From: Eledone cirrhosa
Lineage: Eukaryota
NCBI GenBank assembly: GCA_964016885.1
Contig: OZ024761.1
Location: 7,812,001 to 7,876,000 of the forward strand
DNA: 64,000 bases
Direction: 5' to 3'
Shown here: piece by piece, positions 26,844-40,124 of the stretch
Position numbering within the stretch: position 1 is the stretch's first letter
How the letters are laid out: each line of letters starts with the position of its first letter
Program-made: the position numbers and the translations under genes
The notes under the pieces: generated by a model
Seen by the model: only the letters and a program-made list of their open reading frames with translations
What the model was told of the DNA's origin: nothing
Database searches by the model: none

Positions 26844-27787
26844 GGTAAAATAATATCTGCTTTGATGAAAAGGTGTTGATCTTAGTGACTGCTTCTCGAT
26901 GACTCATCTATGGGGGGAGGGTGGTGATGACCTCTATCACTTAGAAACGTGGGTGACTGACAAAGGGGCATGCTGGGGGAGGGAGGTAATAACCTCTAAC
27001 ACTAAGCCAAATTTCCTCGCGCTACATGATTGGAAACCGATGAATTCTCAAATACACAACTAAAAGCTCAGACGACGTCAGTGGCCATCGTTTTGCCTTT
27101 GACCATCAACTGGATAATTGGATGGAATTATAGAATCGTACACATCATTTGCAGCAAATGGTGAAAAGTTAAGATGATTTGCTGCAAATGCTGAGAATTT
27201 AGAAGAAGTTGTATTAAAGATTGAAGTGGCTGCCACGCTGTTCCTGACCAACAAATACGAAATGTGAAGCAATTAGATGTGTAATAGAAAGTTCTATCTG
27301 AGGATTGAAGTTGACATATGGCAATGTTACAATGGTGAACACGATGGCAGGACGGATTGAAAGCAGGCACAGTGGGTGAAATAATCAGATCTAGCGTAGT
27401 GTAAAATTTGAACAAAGTAGGGGGGTAAATGGGGGGTAAATGGATTCAATGTTCAGAGTGTGGGACTAGCCATGTGGAACTAGCTTTCCTCACTTAAAAA
27501 AGCTTCAAGCACAGGCATTGCTTGATATGTGACATTTTTTGCAAGGCATAGCATTGCTGTCTGTAAGCAAGTTCCTAGTAAGACTAAAACGCCACATCCA
27601 TGATGCTCATACTTAAATATGAAGCTATGGCATATATTGTTATTAATAATTTAGTGTTAAAATAATATATATTGCCACGAAAAGAAGCCATAAAAAATCG
27701 TGGAAGACATTTATGATTCCATGAATATGCGGTGGTATCCAGGAACAATTATTAGTTAGGTTCTAAGGAAAATTCTGGGAATAATTA

Positions 27788-28397
27788 CAAGGGTGGGACG
27801 GGAACTGATTCTGGCTTGATTTCTACAGCTGGATGCCCTTCCTAACACCAACCACATTTACAGTGAGTGCTGGGTGCTTTTTTGCCGTGGCACCTCCACG
27901 ACCACTTTACAGTGTGGGCTGGGTGCTTTTTTGCCGTGGCACCTCCACGACCACTTTATAGTGTGGGGTGGGTGCTTTTTTGCCGTGGTGCCTCCACGTC
28001 CACTTTACAGTGTGGGCTGGGTGCTTTTTTTCCGTGGCGTCTACACGTCCACTTTACAGTGTGGGCTGGGTGCTTTTTTTTCCGTGGCGCCTACACGTCC
28101 ACTTTACAGTGTGGGCTGGGTGCTTTTTTGCCGTGGCACCTCCACGACCACTTTACAGTGTGGGCTGGGTGCTTTTTTGCCGTGGCACCTCCACGACCAC
28201 TCTACAGTGGAATGATATGGACCCCAGTCTATCATTCCACTGCAAAGTGGTCGTGGAGGTGCCACAGCAAAAAAGCACCCAGCACTCACTGTAAATGAGG
28301 TTGGTGTTAGGAAGGGCATCCAGCTGTAGAAATTAAGCCAGAATCAGTTCCCGTCCCACCCTTGCAAGCAGGGAAAAGAGGACGTAAAATGAAATGA
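27788..28397. mobile_element. Two inverted SINE-A 3' parts enclosing a ~49-bp tandem expansion
   Basis: 27788-27910 is complementary to ~28240-28365. There are about 7 units of cactttacagtgtgggctgggtgcttttttgccgtggcacctccacgac. Confidence 0.88.
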
Positions 28398-28441
28398 ATT
28401 CAAGAAGTTAAACTGTAAATGGATGAGATCTAGCTGCCAGT

Positions 28442-30240
28442 GTATTGTTATAGTTTTGTAGGGTCATACTACCAATAAAAAAACACACACCAGTTGAGTT
28501 TCACTTCAGTTTATTACGAATTGAGTAACTAATCCATTCATAGGTTAGTTTAGTAACGGGATGGTTGTATAATTGTTAATTTCAAAGGTCTGTCATCACA
28601 CATCCTGTGACCTTCTCAATCACTGTTTTCATTACACCGTGTCTTCTTTTGTTCTGTTTTATTCCATCTTCATGTAGCAGTTGACGGCCTTCATCTATTA
28701 CCTGTATGACATTGAAGATGGAGTAAAATAGAACAAAGAGGAGACAGTTATTGAGGTGACAGGATGTATGACAAGAGAGGAGACAGTTATTGACAAGGTG
28801 ACAGGATGTATGACAAGAGAGGAGACAGATATTGACAAGGTGACAGGATGTATGACAAGAGAGGAGACAGTTATTGACAAGGTGACAGGATGTATGACAA
28901 GAGAGGGGACAGTTATTGACAAGGTGACAGGATGTATGACAAGAGAGGAGACAGTTATTGACAAGGTGACAGGATGTATGACAAGAAAGGAGACAGTTAT
29001 TGACAAGGTGACAGGATGTATGACAAGAGAGGAGACAGTTATTGACAAGGTGACAGGATGTATGACAAGAGAGGGGACAGTTATTGACAAGGTGACAGGA
29101 TGTATGACAAGAGAGGAGACAGTTATTGACAAGGTGACAGGATGTATGACAAGAAAGGAGACAGTTATTGACAAGGTGACAGGATGTATGACAAGAGAGG
29201 GGACAGTTATTGACAAGGTGACAGGATGTATGACAAGAAAGGAGACAGTTATTGACAAGGTGACAGGATGTATGACAAGAGAGGAGACAGTTATTGACAA
29301 GGTGACAGGATGTATGACAAGAGAGGAGACAGTTATTGACAAGGTGACAGGATGTATAACAAGAGAGGAGACAGTTATTGACAAGGTGACAGGATGTATG
29401 ACAAAAGAGGAGACAGTTATTGACAAGGTGACAGGATGTATGACAAAAGAGGAGACAGTTATTGACAAGGTGACAGGATGTATGACAAAAGAGGAGACAG
29501 TTATTGACAAGGTGACAGGATGTATGACAAGAGAGGGGACAGTTATTGACAAGGTGACAGGATGTATGACAAGAAAGGAGACAGTTATTGACAAGGTGAC
29601 AGGATGTATGACAAGAAAGGAGACAGTTATTGACAAGGTGACAGGATGTATGACAAAAGAGGAGACAGTTATTGACAAGGTGACAGGATGTATGACAAGA
29701 AAGGAGACAGTTATTGACAAGGTGACAGGATGTATGACAAGAGAGGAGACAGTTATTGACAAGGTGACAGGATGTATGACAAGAGAGGAGACAGTTATTG
29801 ACAAGGTGACAGGATGTATGACAAGAAAGGAGACAGTTATTGACAAGGTGACAGGATGTATGACAAGAAAGGAGACAGTTATTGACAAGGTGACAGGATG
29901 TATGACAAAAGAGGAGACAGGATGTATGACAAGAAAGGAGACAGTTATTGACAAGGTGACAGGATGTATGACAAGAGAGGAGACAGTTATTGACAAGGTG
30001 ACAGGATGTATGACAAGAGAGGAGACAGTTATTGACAAGGTGACAGGATGTATGACAAAAGAGGAGACAGTTATTGACAAGGTGACACGATGTATGACAA
30101 AAGAGCTCTGACAATTAAACTGGAAATTAACAACCACCCCATGAATGGATTAGTCACTCAAGTAATAATAAACTGGAGTGAAACTAAACTAGTGCCTGTG
30201 TTTTTATTGGCAGCATGACCCTACCAAACTATAATAATAT
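28442..30240. mobile_element. Inverted-repeat-bounded Penelope-like terminal-repeat derivative enclosing a 42-bp array
   Basis: 28442-28541 is an imperfect reverse complement of 30142-30239. Both resemble 43819-43884 and 48345-48377 (atgaccct..caa.gtataacaatat). Confidence 0.7.
28737..30112 (+). repeat. 42-bp minisatellite (~32 units)
   Basis: Unit gaggagacagttattgacaaggtgacaggatgtatgacaaga. Confidence 0.98.
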
Positions 30241-30442
30241 CTATTTCAACACACTATTTCACATGAAGAATATTGCAAAACAAATAGAAAAATGAAGTAT
30301 ATCATCATCATTATCATCATCATTTAACGTCTTCCACGCTAGCATGGGTTAGACGGGAATTGTCCCACTTGAGGCAAGATTGATTGAGTGACCATTTCTT
30401 GCTCGTATAGGACTGTCTGGCAGGAAGTATATATATATATAT

Positions 30443-30545
30443 AATTGTTTCTACTTTTGGCACAAGGCCAGCAATTACCCAGTGTATTACTGGTACTTTA
30501 TTTTATCGACCCCGTAAGGATGAAAGGCAAAGTTAACCTCGGCGA
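30443..30545 (-). mobile_element. SINE family B, 3' part
   Basis: Same sequence as 13712-13815. Confidence 0.8.
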
Positions 30546-30549
30546 TATA

Positions 30550-31176
<627 letters not shown>

Positions 31177-31180
<4 letters not shown>

Positions 31181-31350
31181 GACACACTAGAAGAGGAAGA
31201 CCAAGGTTAATGTATGTTGATGCCCTAAAGACAGACACTGGTCTGTTGGAGATGCAGGACATGGCAGCGATAATGAGGGACAGAGACCGCTGGACAGAAC
31301 TCGTCCATGGATCTCGGGAATTTTACCCGCCTTAGATAGATAGATAGATA
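31177..31350 (+). mobile_element. 3' tip of the RTE-like LINE family seen at 40.1 kb, with a (TAGA)n tail
   Basis: [39 protein letters not shown] is near-identical to the C-terminus of ORF 40140-41072. Confidence 0.9.
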
Positions 31351-31362
31351 TGTGCACTTGTA

Positions 31363-31402
<40 letters not shown>

Positions 31403-31429
31403 TTGTAGTGTATATATATATACACACTA

Positions 31430-34400
31430 GACTACAGAGTTGGAGAATCTGAACACTTAATGGCGATGTCAAAGATAAAGATAAATTCACCTCCCGCTGC
31501 CGGACGAGAATACAAGGACTCGTCTTTATTTCAGACACGGATGGCTAACATAACCCCATCCCCCACACCCCTCCCTGCACCTCCAACCCATCCCTTCCAC
31601 CCACCCAACAAAACCCAAAACTTCAGAGTTGGTACCATGAATGTAGGCACTTTGAATGAGGTTGTAGAGATGCTTGAACGTAAGGAAGTTGGTGTTTGTT
31701 GTGTTCAAGAGACTAGGTGGAGGGGTGGGTCTGCTAGATTCATTGTGGGTAAAAAACGATGCTCTAAACTTTTCTGGGTGGGAAATGACAATGGGCTGGG
31801 TGGAGTAGGAATTATGTTAGCAGAAAAATGGGTAGGTAATTGCTGTAAATAGAGTGAATGATAGAATAATTAAAATAAGACTAGTCCTAAATAGAACTAC
31901 TGTGTCAATAATATCGGCTTATTCACCCCAATCTGGACTACCTGACGTTCTAAAAGACAGATTCTATGAGTCGCTAATGCTCACTACCTCCCAAATAACC
32001 GACAGTGATTACATAATTATTGCTGGCGACCTTAATGGTCATGTTGGACAACATTGTGATGGCTATGACGGAGTCCATGGAGGGTATGGGTTTGGTAATA
32101 GAAATGAGGAAGACTTCAGGATCCTGGAATTCTGTGACACTAATAACCTATCTGTAAAACAAACTTCAAAAAAATGAAATAATCACTTGATCACCTATAG
32201 ATCAGGGGAACACGCCAGCCAGATAGATTATATCCTTACTAGAAGACATGACAGAGTGTCTGTTGTAAATACCAAGCCCCCCCCCCCCCCCCCTGAACTG
32301 ATCGGCAGAAGAATACCTTGAGGAGAAGAATATGGAAGTTGAAGAACCCCACAGCCAGTAACAAATTTAAAAGCATATTACTTGATGTTTTTAACAGTAA
32401 GGAAGAGCAATTAGAGATGTACAATATAGAGGAACAGTGGGAATTCTTGAAAGTTAACCTGCTGAAGGCGACGGATGAAATCTGTGGCTGGAGGAGAGTA
32501 ATTTGGTGGTGGAACAGTAAGGTGGAGGAGACAATCAAGGCCAAAAAGCAAGCTTGGAAAGTATGGCGAGATGGGGGGGCGGGGGGAGTAGAGAACACTA
32601 TCAAGTGGCCAGGAGAGAAGCTAGGAGACAAGTGTACCTTGCAAGAAGGGAAGCAGAGGATAGAAAGTTCAAGCATGGTCTACAACGCGAGGACCAAAAA
32701 TGTGAGGTGTTCAGGATTGCAAGACAATGTGTCAAGGAAAACTGTGATATTGTCGGGGAGAAGTGTGTCCGTAATGATGATGGTATACTTGCCCTCATTG
32801 ATGCTGATAAAAAGGTAGCTTGGAAGTGTCACTACGAGAGACTACTAAATGAGGAGAATAAATGGGAAAAAGATAGTCTGCCCCAAATCGATCCAATAGT
32901 GATCCAATAGCGGTGCAAGTTAAAGGTAGTATAATAAGTAAGGCAATCAAAGATATGAAGACAAGCAAGGCAGCTGGGCCTCCGGAGATAGTTGCTGAGA
33001 TGTTGAAAGCATCTGGAATAGTGGGACATACTATGGTCACCCGGATAGTAAACCAAGTAATACAGAATTGAGTCATACCAAATGACTGGCATAGCAGCAT
33101 CATCATTAACTGCTGCAAGGGTAAAGGAGATGCTCTAGATAGAGGAAACTATAGGGGCATTAAGTTAGTTGACCAGGTCATGAAGATCACAGAAAGAGTT
33201 ATTGCACAACTAATCAGAGATCGAATTAATCTAGATGAAATGCAGTTTGGATTTGTGTCAGGTAAAAGTACCACAGATGCTCTTTTCCTTGTACAACAAC
33301 TACAGGAGAAGTACCTAGCTAAAAGTAAACCCCTCTACTTAACTTTTGTTGACTTGGAGAAACCCTTGACAGGGTCTCCTGCTCCATTATCTGGTGGGCT
33401 CTTAGAAAACTAGGTGTAGATGAATGGCCTGTGAGAGCTATACAAGCCATGTATAAAGAAACAGTCAGCAAAGTTAGAATTAACAATGAATATAGTGAAG
33501 AATTTTTGCATAAAAGTTGGTGTTCATCAAGGCTCTGTCCTTAGCCCCCCTCCTGTTTATTATTGCCCTTCAGGCTATAACAGAGGAGTTTAAGACGGGC
33601 TGCCCATGGAAACTTCTATACTCAGATGATCTAACTCTCATAGCTGAATCTATGGCCGAACTAGAGAAGAAATTCCAAACATGGAAGCATGGCCTAGAAT
33701 CAAAAGGCCTTAAAGTTAACTTGTCTAAGATTAAAGTTCTAGTATGTAGAAAGGAAAATAGGACACAGGTGCCCTCTGGGAAATGGCCATGCTCAGTGTG
33801 TAGGAAAGGAGTAGATAGAAATTCCATTTTATGTCACAAATGCAAACTATGGGTACATAAAAGATGTAGTTGGATCACAGGCAAGCTATCTAAGAACATA
33901 GATTTTATATGTGGCTGATGCTCAGGTGCATTAAGTAGCAAGTGCCCTCAGGATACTAGTTCCTTCTACTGCCCAGATGGTTCTATAGAAATAGTGGACA
34001 CTTTCCGTTACCTGGGTGACAAAATCAGCAGTGGCGGTGGGTGTTCTGAAAGTACAGTAGCCAGAGTTAGAATGGGATGGAAAAAGTTCAGAGAGCTTAT
34101 ACCGCTGTTGGCCACAAAAGGTTTCTCTCTGAAAATGAAAGGCAGATTGTATGATGCTTGTATATGAACAGCAATGTTACATGGCAGTGAGACATGGGCA
34201 TTGTGTGCAGAGGACCTGCGCAGACTGGAAAGGAACGAAGCATGCATGCTCCATTGGATATGTAATAGCAATATACACGAACGGCTAAACTTAAACAAAC
34301 TAAGTGAGAAATTAGGAATAAGCAGGATCAGATGCTGTTTACTTGAGAGAAGATTATGTTGGTATGGTCACGTGATGCGCATGAAAGACAACAGCTGTAT

Positions 34401-34700
34401 AAAAAAGTGCAGGGCGATCAAAATTGAAGGAAGTTATGACTTGATAAATTCTGATCTTGCACACTTGCACCTCACTAAGACAATGTCACTGGATCAAGAT
34501 CTTTGGCGCTACACAGTAATACAGAAGACCCGTGTTCCCTACGTGCAAAATTAACCTAAAGTCAGTAGGCCCCTCCAAACCAAACATACACCCCAACCCA
34601 CTATCCTTACTCCATCCTTCCATCCTGCCAACACCACCCTTTCCCTATAAAGTTATGTTGGTACCACAACATCCAGTCCAAACTAATGAGGTTGTGTAGG
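31430..34700 (+). mobile_element. Near full-length decayed RTE-clade LINE (APE endonuclease, RT, PHD-like finger)
   Basis: APE motifs VGTMNVGTL/CCVQETRW/IAGDLNGHVG. RT motifs NYRGIKL/QFGFVSGKSTTDA/VHQGSVL/LLYSDDL. It carries many stops and frameshifts. Confidence 0.96.
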
Positions 34701-34899
34701 TGTCACAAAAAAAAAAAAATACACAGTCCACGCTGTAATGTGGCCGTGTAGGTAACACGGTACAAAGCTCCCAGTCCACACTGTAAAACGTGGTTGGTGT
34801 TAGGAAGGGCATCCAGCCGTAGAAAACCTGCCAGATAGTCCTATACGAGCGAGTCACCCGACCAATCTTGCCTCAAGTGGGACAATTCCCGTCTAACCT

Positions 34900-36030
34900 A
34901 TGTAAGTGCCCACAAAATACTAACTCTTTCAATTGCGCAGAGGGTTCTATAGAAATAGTGGACAGCTTCTGTTACCTGGGTGACAAAATCAGCAGTGGGG
35001 GAGGGTGCTCTGAAAGTACAGTAGCTAGAGTCAGAACTGGATGGAAAAAGTTCAGAGAGCTTATACCACTATTAGCTGCTAAAGGGTTCTCCCTAAAAAT
35101 GAAAGGCAGGTGGTATGATGCCTGCATACGAACAGCAATGTTGCATGGCAGTGAGACCTGGGCATTGTGTGCAGAGGATATACGCAGACTAGAGAGGAAC
35201 GAAGCTTGCATGCTCCGCTGGATGTGTAATAGTAATATATGTGAACGGCAAAGCATAAATGAACTAAGGAAAAAATTAGAAATAAGAGGGATCAGATGTT
35301 GTTTACTCGAGAGAAGGCTATGTTGGTATGGTCACGTGATGCGCATGAAAGACGACAGCTGTATAACAAAGTGCAGGGCAATAAAGATAGATGGTAGCCA
35401 CGGAGTAGGCAGACCCAGGAAAACCTGGGACGAGCTGATAAATTCCGACCTCACACACTTACACCTCTCCAAGACAATGTCACTGGACCGAGACCTTTGG
35501 TGGTACTCAGTAACAGAGAAGACCCGCCTTACCTAAATACAAAGTAAAACCTACTAGTCAGTAGGCATCTCTAACAAAATACACCCCCGTCCCACCCCAT
35601 CCACACCGCCCCCTTCAATGCAAAGTTATGTTGGTGCCACAGCATCCAGGCCGAAACAAACGAGATCGTGTAGGTGTCACGACAAAAAAACACACAGTCC
35701 ACGCTGTAACGTGACCGTGTAGGCAACACGGTAAAAACCTCCCAGTCCCACACTGTAAATGTGGTTGGTGTTAGGAAGGGCATCCAGCTGTAGAAAACAC
35801 GCCAGACAGTCCACGCTGTAATGTGGCCGTGTAGGCAACACGGTAAAAACCTCCCAGCCCCACACTGTAAATTTGGTTGGTGTTAGGAAGGGCATCCAGC
35901 TGTAGAAAACCCGCCAGACAGTCCTATGCGAGCAAGACAACCACTCTTGCCTCAAGTGGGAAAACCCCCGTCCAAACCCATGTAAGCGTGGAACAGGGAC
36001 GTTAAACGATGATGATGATGATGATGATGA
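34900..36030 (+). mobile_element. Second, 5'-truncated RTE copy with 3' UTR and (GAT)n tail
   Basis: EIVDSFCYLGDKISSGGGCSES...MLHGSETW...WYGHVMRM...GRPRKTW. Confidence 0.94.
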
Positions 36031-36184
36031 CACACAGAAATATATATACATTTCTGTGTGTGTAATATATATATATATACACACACAGAAATATATATAT
36101 ATACACACAGAAATATATATACATTTCTGTGTGTGTAATATATATATATATACACACAGAAATATATATACATTTCTGTGTGTG

Positions 36185-36225
<41 letters not shown>

Positions 36226-36253
36226 GAAATATATATACATTTCTGTGTGTGTA

Positions 36254-36288
<35 letters not shown>

Positions 36289-36547
36289 GAAATATATGGG
36301 CATTTCTCTGTTTGTCTGTCTGTCCTTCCCTAAAACTCAAATGTAGGTGCTACAGAAATATTACCTTCCCCTTCCTTTCTCCACTTTGGTACTACCAAGA
36401 GAAACACTGTCGCTATAGTAACATTACCTTCCCTTCTCCACTGACTTTGGTCACTGAGGCCGAGGGAATTGCTGGTTGCTATAGAGACACCTTGCACAAG
36501 CCAGAAGTAACCAGTTCGAGGCGGTTCTGACTTGACACCATGCCAAG

Positions 36548-38448
36548 TCTACTTATAATATATAATGGGCATTTCTCTGTTTGTTTGTCTGTCTGTCCGT
36601 CTGTAAAAAATGCCAAGGAAACAAATAGACGCGGTTTGAAATCTCTATGCTTTTCAAATTCATTACATTAATCTTTATTCATACGTTTCGCTTTACGAGT
36701 GTTTCGACTTACGAGTGTTTCGGCTTACGAGTGTTGCGGCTTATCATTATATATAAATGTTTCTATTTCCATCGTTTTATCGTAAACGTTTATATATTTC
36801 CATCGTTATATCATAACGTTTATATTTCCGTCACTAATCTCTTTTTCTCCTTTTTCGTTTTAACATATATTTATTTCAAAGATTTCACCGTATAGATAAC
36901 ATATATATTTATACATGCATAAAAGACACACCGAGAGACGGTGAACATGTGGTGCCGAAAACATTTCTCATCCAAATCTCAACAATATCAGTATATACAC
37001 TAGATTTGCTAGCAGAAAACCGCCCACGAGTGGTTTTCTGCTAGTCTATATATCTAAAACAGAGAATGTCTGTCTGACTCCCTAAAACTTGAGAACCATC
37101 CAACCGATTTTTTTCAAACTTTACACATGTAATACTTATGGTCATGTGAGTGTTTTAAGCAAAACATATTTCAAATTTTCAATGCCCTAGGGACCGCATT
37201 AGGCGATTTAGTGATCTCTCTCTATCTTTCTTAGTTTGTCTTTTTAGATAGATACATAGCTATAATGTCGCGCCCTTATAATATGTCTGTATGTCTGGCT
37301 GTCTGCATTACGACATTATGACACTATCTGTGCATGTGTGTATATATGTATATATAGTGTGTGTGTATATATATATATAGTGTGTAACGTTTTTTCGAAA
37401 TATTTACTTCTGCGTTCACAGATTGAATTTTTTAGTTTCAGAAGATCCCGTTAAGGGTAAAAGCAGTGATTCTTTGCTTAAACTTTAATCTGTTATTTTA
37501 ATATATATATATTCGTGTACAGATATTTTTGCATGCACAAAAACAAAATATAAACAAACAAGGTCAGCGATTACATAGTCAACGGTTCGGAAATCACATG
37601 CATCACTGATGAGTTTACTCCTTACTCTACCAGTTAGTCTTAGTGTACTTCATCCTGCTTTTAGGAGGTGCTACAATCATTTTTTAGGTAGACGAGGTAG
37701 AAGGGCATATAAACGATTGGCTGAAGAAGGACAAGACTGTGTTAGTAGTATGACCAACGGCTGCTATCACACCAACAGCAGCAAAAACAACAACAAAAAA
37801 GAGAGGGAACGCAATTACATGCTTTTGAAAAATCTGAATGGAAAATTATTTGCCTATTCACCCAAAGTGACTTCCCTTTTTATTAGGACTTCTGCATCAA
37901 CTGGTGAACATATGACGAAACATTGAAAGGAGTAAGACAACACCACTCTCCACCACTGCAGTCCCACATGCTTACTGCTCTCTAACTATTGATTTCATTG
38001 TACCATAGCACAACAGTAAGACAACACCACCCTCCACCACTGCAGTCCCACATGCTTACTGCTCTGTAACTATTGATTTCATTGTACCATAGCACAACAG
38101 TAAGACAACACCACCCTCCACCACTGCAGTCCCACATGCTTACTGCTCTGTAACTATTGATTTCATTGTACCATAGCACAACAGTAAGACAACACCACTC
38201 TCCACCACTGCAGTCCCACATGCTTACTGCTCTGTAACTATTGATTTCATCTTAAACAAAGACATGTTCGGTTTGTCGAATGCCTTTTTACTTAACCCTA
38301 TCGTCTTGGCTTTCGTGGGTTGAACATTTTACTCTCAGGCACCCAATTAAGTTAAACCCCTGGTAATCTCTGTACTGTTTCAGAAAGGAGGGATAAACAT
38401 GCCAATCTATGTTTAGAATCCTGAGCAACGCCGGGCCATTCTGCTAGT
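36548..38448 (+). mobile_element. Two tandem non-autonomous Helitron-like elements (36548-37044; 37045-38447)
   Basis: Each starts TCTA..TATA followed by a (TCTG)n tract and ends in a hairpin + CTAG|T. A similar end occurs at 14265-14302. Confidence 0.6.
37931..38250. repeat. 84-bp tandem repeat, ~3.8 copies
   Basis: agtaagacaacaccac... starts at 37931, 38015, 38099 and 38183. Confidence 0.95.
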
Positions 38449-38716
38449 ATATATATAATTAGGATTTAACTTCATGCATAGCTGTATACAGATATGTATG
38501 GGAGTTTCGTATTTCTGAAGAAATACAGTATCTTTTAGAAATACAGTATCATTTAGAAAGCCATACCTATGCAAAATACTGGGGCTAATTCTATTCTATT
38601 ATAAGTTGTGCCAACTTATGCAGCTTCATATGCAAATGAGATTAATCACCTCATTTACACAAGAAAACCATATATTCTCACCTGTTTTCAAATCCAGCAG
38701 TTGCAAGACTGGGAGG

Positions 38717-38762
38717 AATCATCCTGATGAGAACCAGTTAAGTTCGAAATGCATTGACGATT
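38717..38762 (+). ncRNA. Compact minimal hammerhead with an intact core
   Basis: aatcatc-CTGATGA-gaac(cagttaa)gttc-GAAA-t(gc)a-TT^-gacgatt. Stem I is 6/7 bp and stem III lies in the palindrome ATGCAT. Confidence 0.7.
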
Positions 38763-38906
38763 GTCCCCCTTGCTTCTGCTGGACACCACCAGAGGGCAAT
38801 AGCCCCAGTGTTTTGCATAGCTATGGCTTTCTAAATGTTTATCTATAAACATACCATATTTCTTTAGAAATACAAAACTTCAATACACACACACATATAT
38901 ATATAT

Positions 38907-39950
38907 ACGTGGAGAACAGGAGAACAGACCGTTAAAACATGTTTATTTAAAATAGCACCTACGTACGTTTTGCCCGAATGGGCTTCTCAAGGGCATAATA
39001 ATTAAAAAGCGTTCCTTACATGACCCGGAATGTGGCCTCCTCATACCCCGGATATTCTTCGAAGCCTTAGAGAAGAACTTCCCACCCAACCTTAGGTATA
39101 TGCCGAGACAGGGGACGCTGCCCCCCTTAGGGGATACTGCTTGACTGATAGGGTTATATATAGGTGCACCGTAACTAGCCATAATAGCGTTAAACTTTAT
39201 ATAGGGGCTACCTCTGGCTCGTTCAAAATTAGATTTTGGACACATCTCCACTCTTTCGCAAATAAGAAATTGAGACACTCCACTTCACTCATGAACTACA
39301 TCACAGCATTAAAAGACTTAAACATCAACTTCTCCACACACTGGGAAATTGTCGGCAGGGCTGCACCGTACAACTTCAAGAGGAAGTGCGAGCTTTGCCT
39401 CATGGAGCTCTACCACATCATAACGGCACCCCATGAGCTCATCAACAGCAGAGCGGTACACACCGCTTAAAAATATCCTACTTCAGATGGAATAAGAACG
39501 AGGAGTGAAACCGTAAACAGGGTCTCCCTGCACCAAGCTTTAACACCCCGGCGGGTAGGCGCTGCTAAAAACATCCGGAAACTAACTATGCATCCCAGGC
39601 GGGAAGGCGCAGCAAACAAACGTCTCGAAACAAACGTTGCATACCTGACCCTGTGCATATCAGCAATGGTAAGGTAGTAACCACATGCTTGAATCGGATA
39701 AAAAATTTGTCCGGGAAAGACTGCCCTAACACCGGCCAGAGTTATCTCCCTTGACCTACTGCAAAATCAAAACATGTTTTTTTACGAAGAATGAACTCTG
39801 ACGTGAATTTATCTCTAAAAACCCATTCTGTAAGGAACGTTTTTTAGTTGTTATGCCCTTGAGAAGCCCATTTGGGCGAAACGTACGTAGGTGCTATTTT
39901 AAATAAACATGTATTAACGGTCTGTTCTCCTGTATTTTACTTCTCCACGT
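38907..39950 (+). mobile_element. 5'-truncated Penelope-like element (Neptune-like) with inverted terminal repeats
   Basis: GIY-YIG remnant YCLTDRVIYRCTV...LYIGATSGSFKIRFWTHLHSF...HWEIV...CELCLME (39135-39470). 38907-39020 is the inverted copy of 39829-39950. Confidence 0.92.
39853..39897 (+). ncRNA. Minimal hammerhead, U3-A8 core variant (mirror at ~38952-38997 has GAAA>AAAA)
   Basis: atgccc-TTGAGAA-gccc(attt)gggc-GAAA-c(gtac)g-TA^-ggtgctat, then AATAAA. Confidence 0.8.
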
Positions 39951-40124
39951 GCTTACGCTCTGCTAACTCTCTTGCCCACTAGATATTAACACTTCTAATA
40001 TTTAACACTGCTGGCACTAGTATTGAGTACCCTCGGCATACGCTATTTGGCAAATAACTACATGTATCACCTATCCCTCCTTTTCTCTCTCTCGATATGT
40101 AAATATTCTATATATATATATATA

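Noticed and set aside
28756-30111. 451-aa repeat protein (REETVIDKVTGCMT)n and the antisense ORFs
   Set aside because: The frames are open only because the 42-bp unit is stop-free, and there is no unique domain or splice context.
38681-38845. Minus-strand coding exon ending at a CAG|GTGAGA donor
   Set aside because: All three frames hit stops in hand translation. The plus-strand hammerhead explains the segment better.
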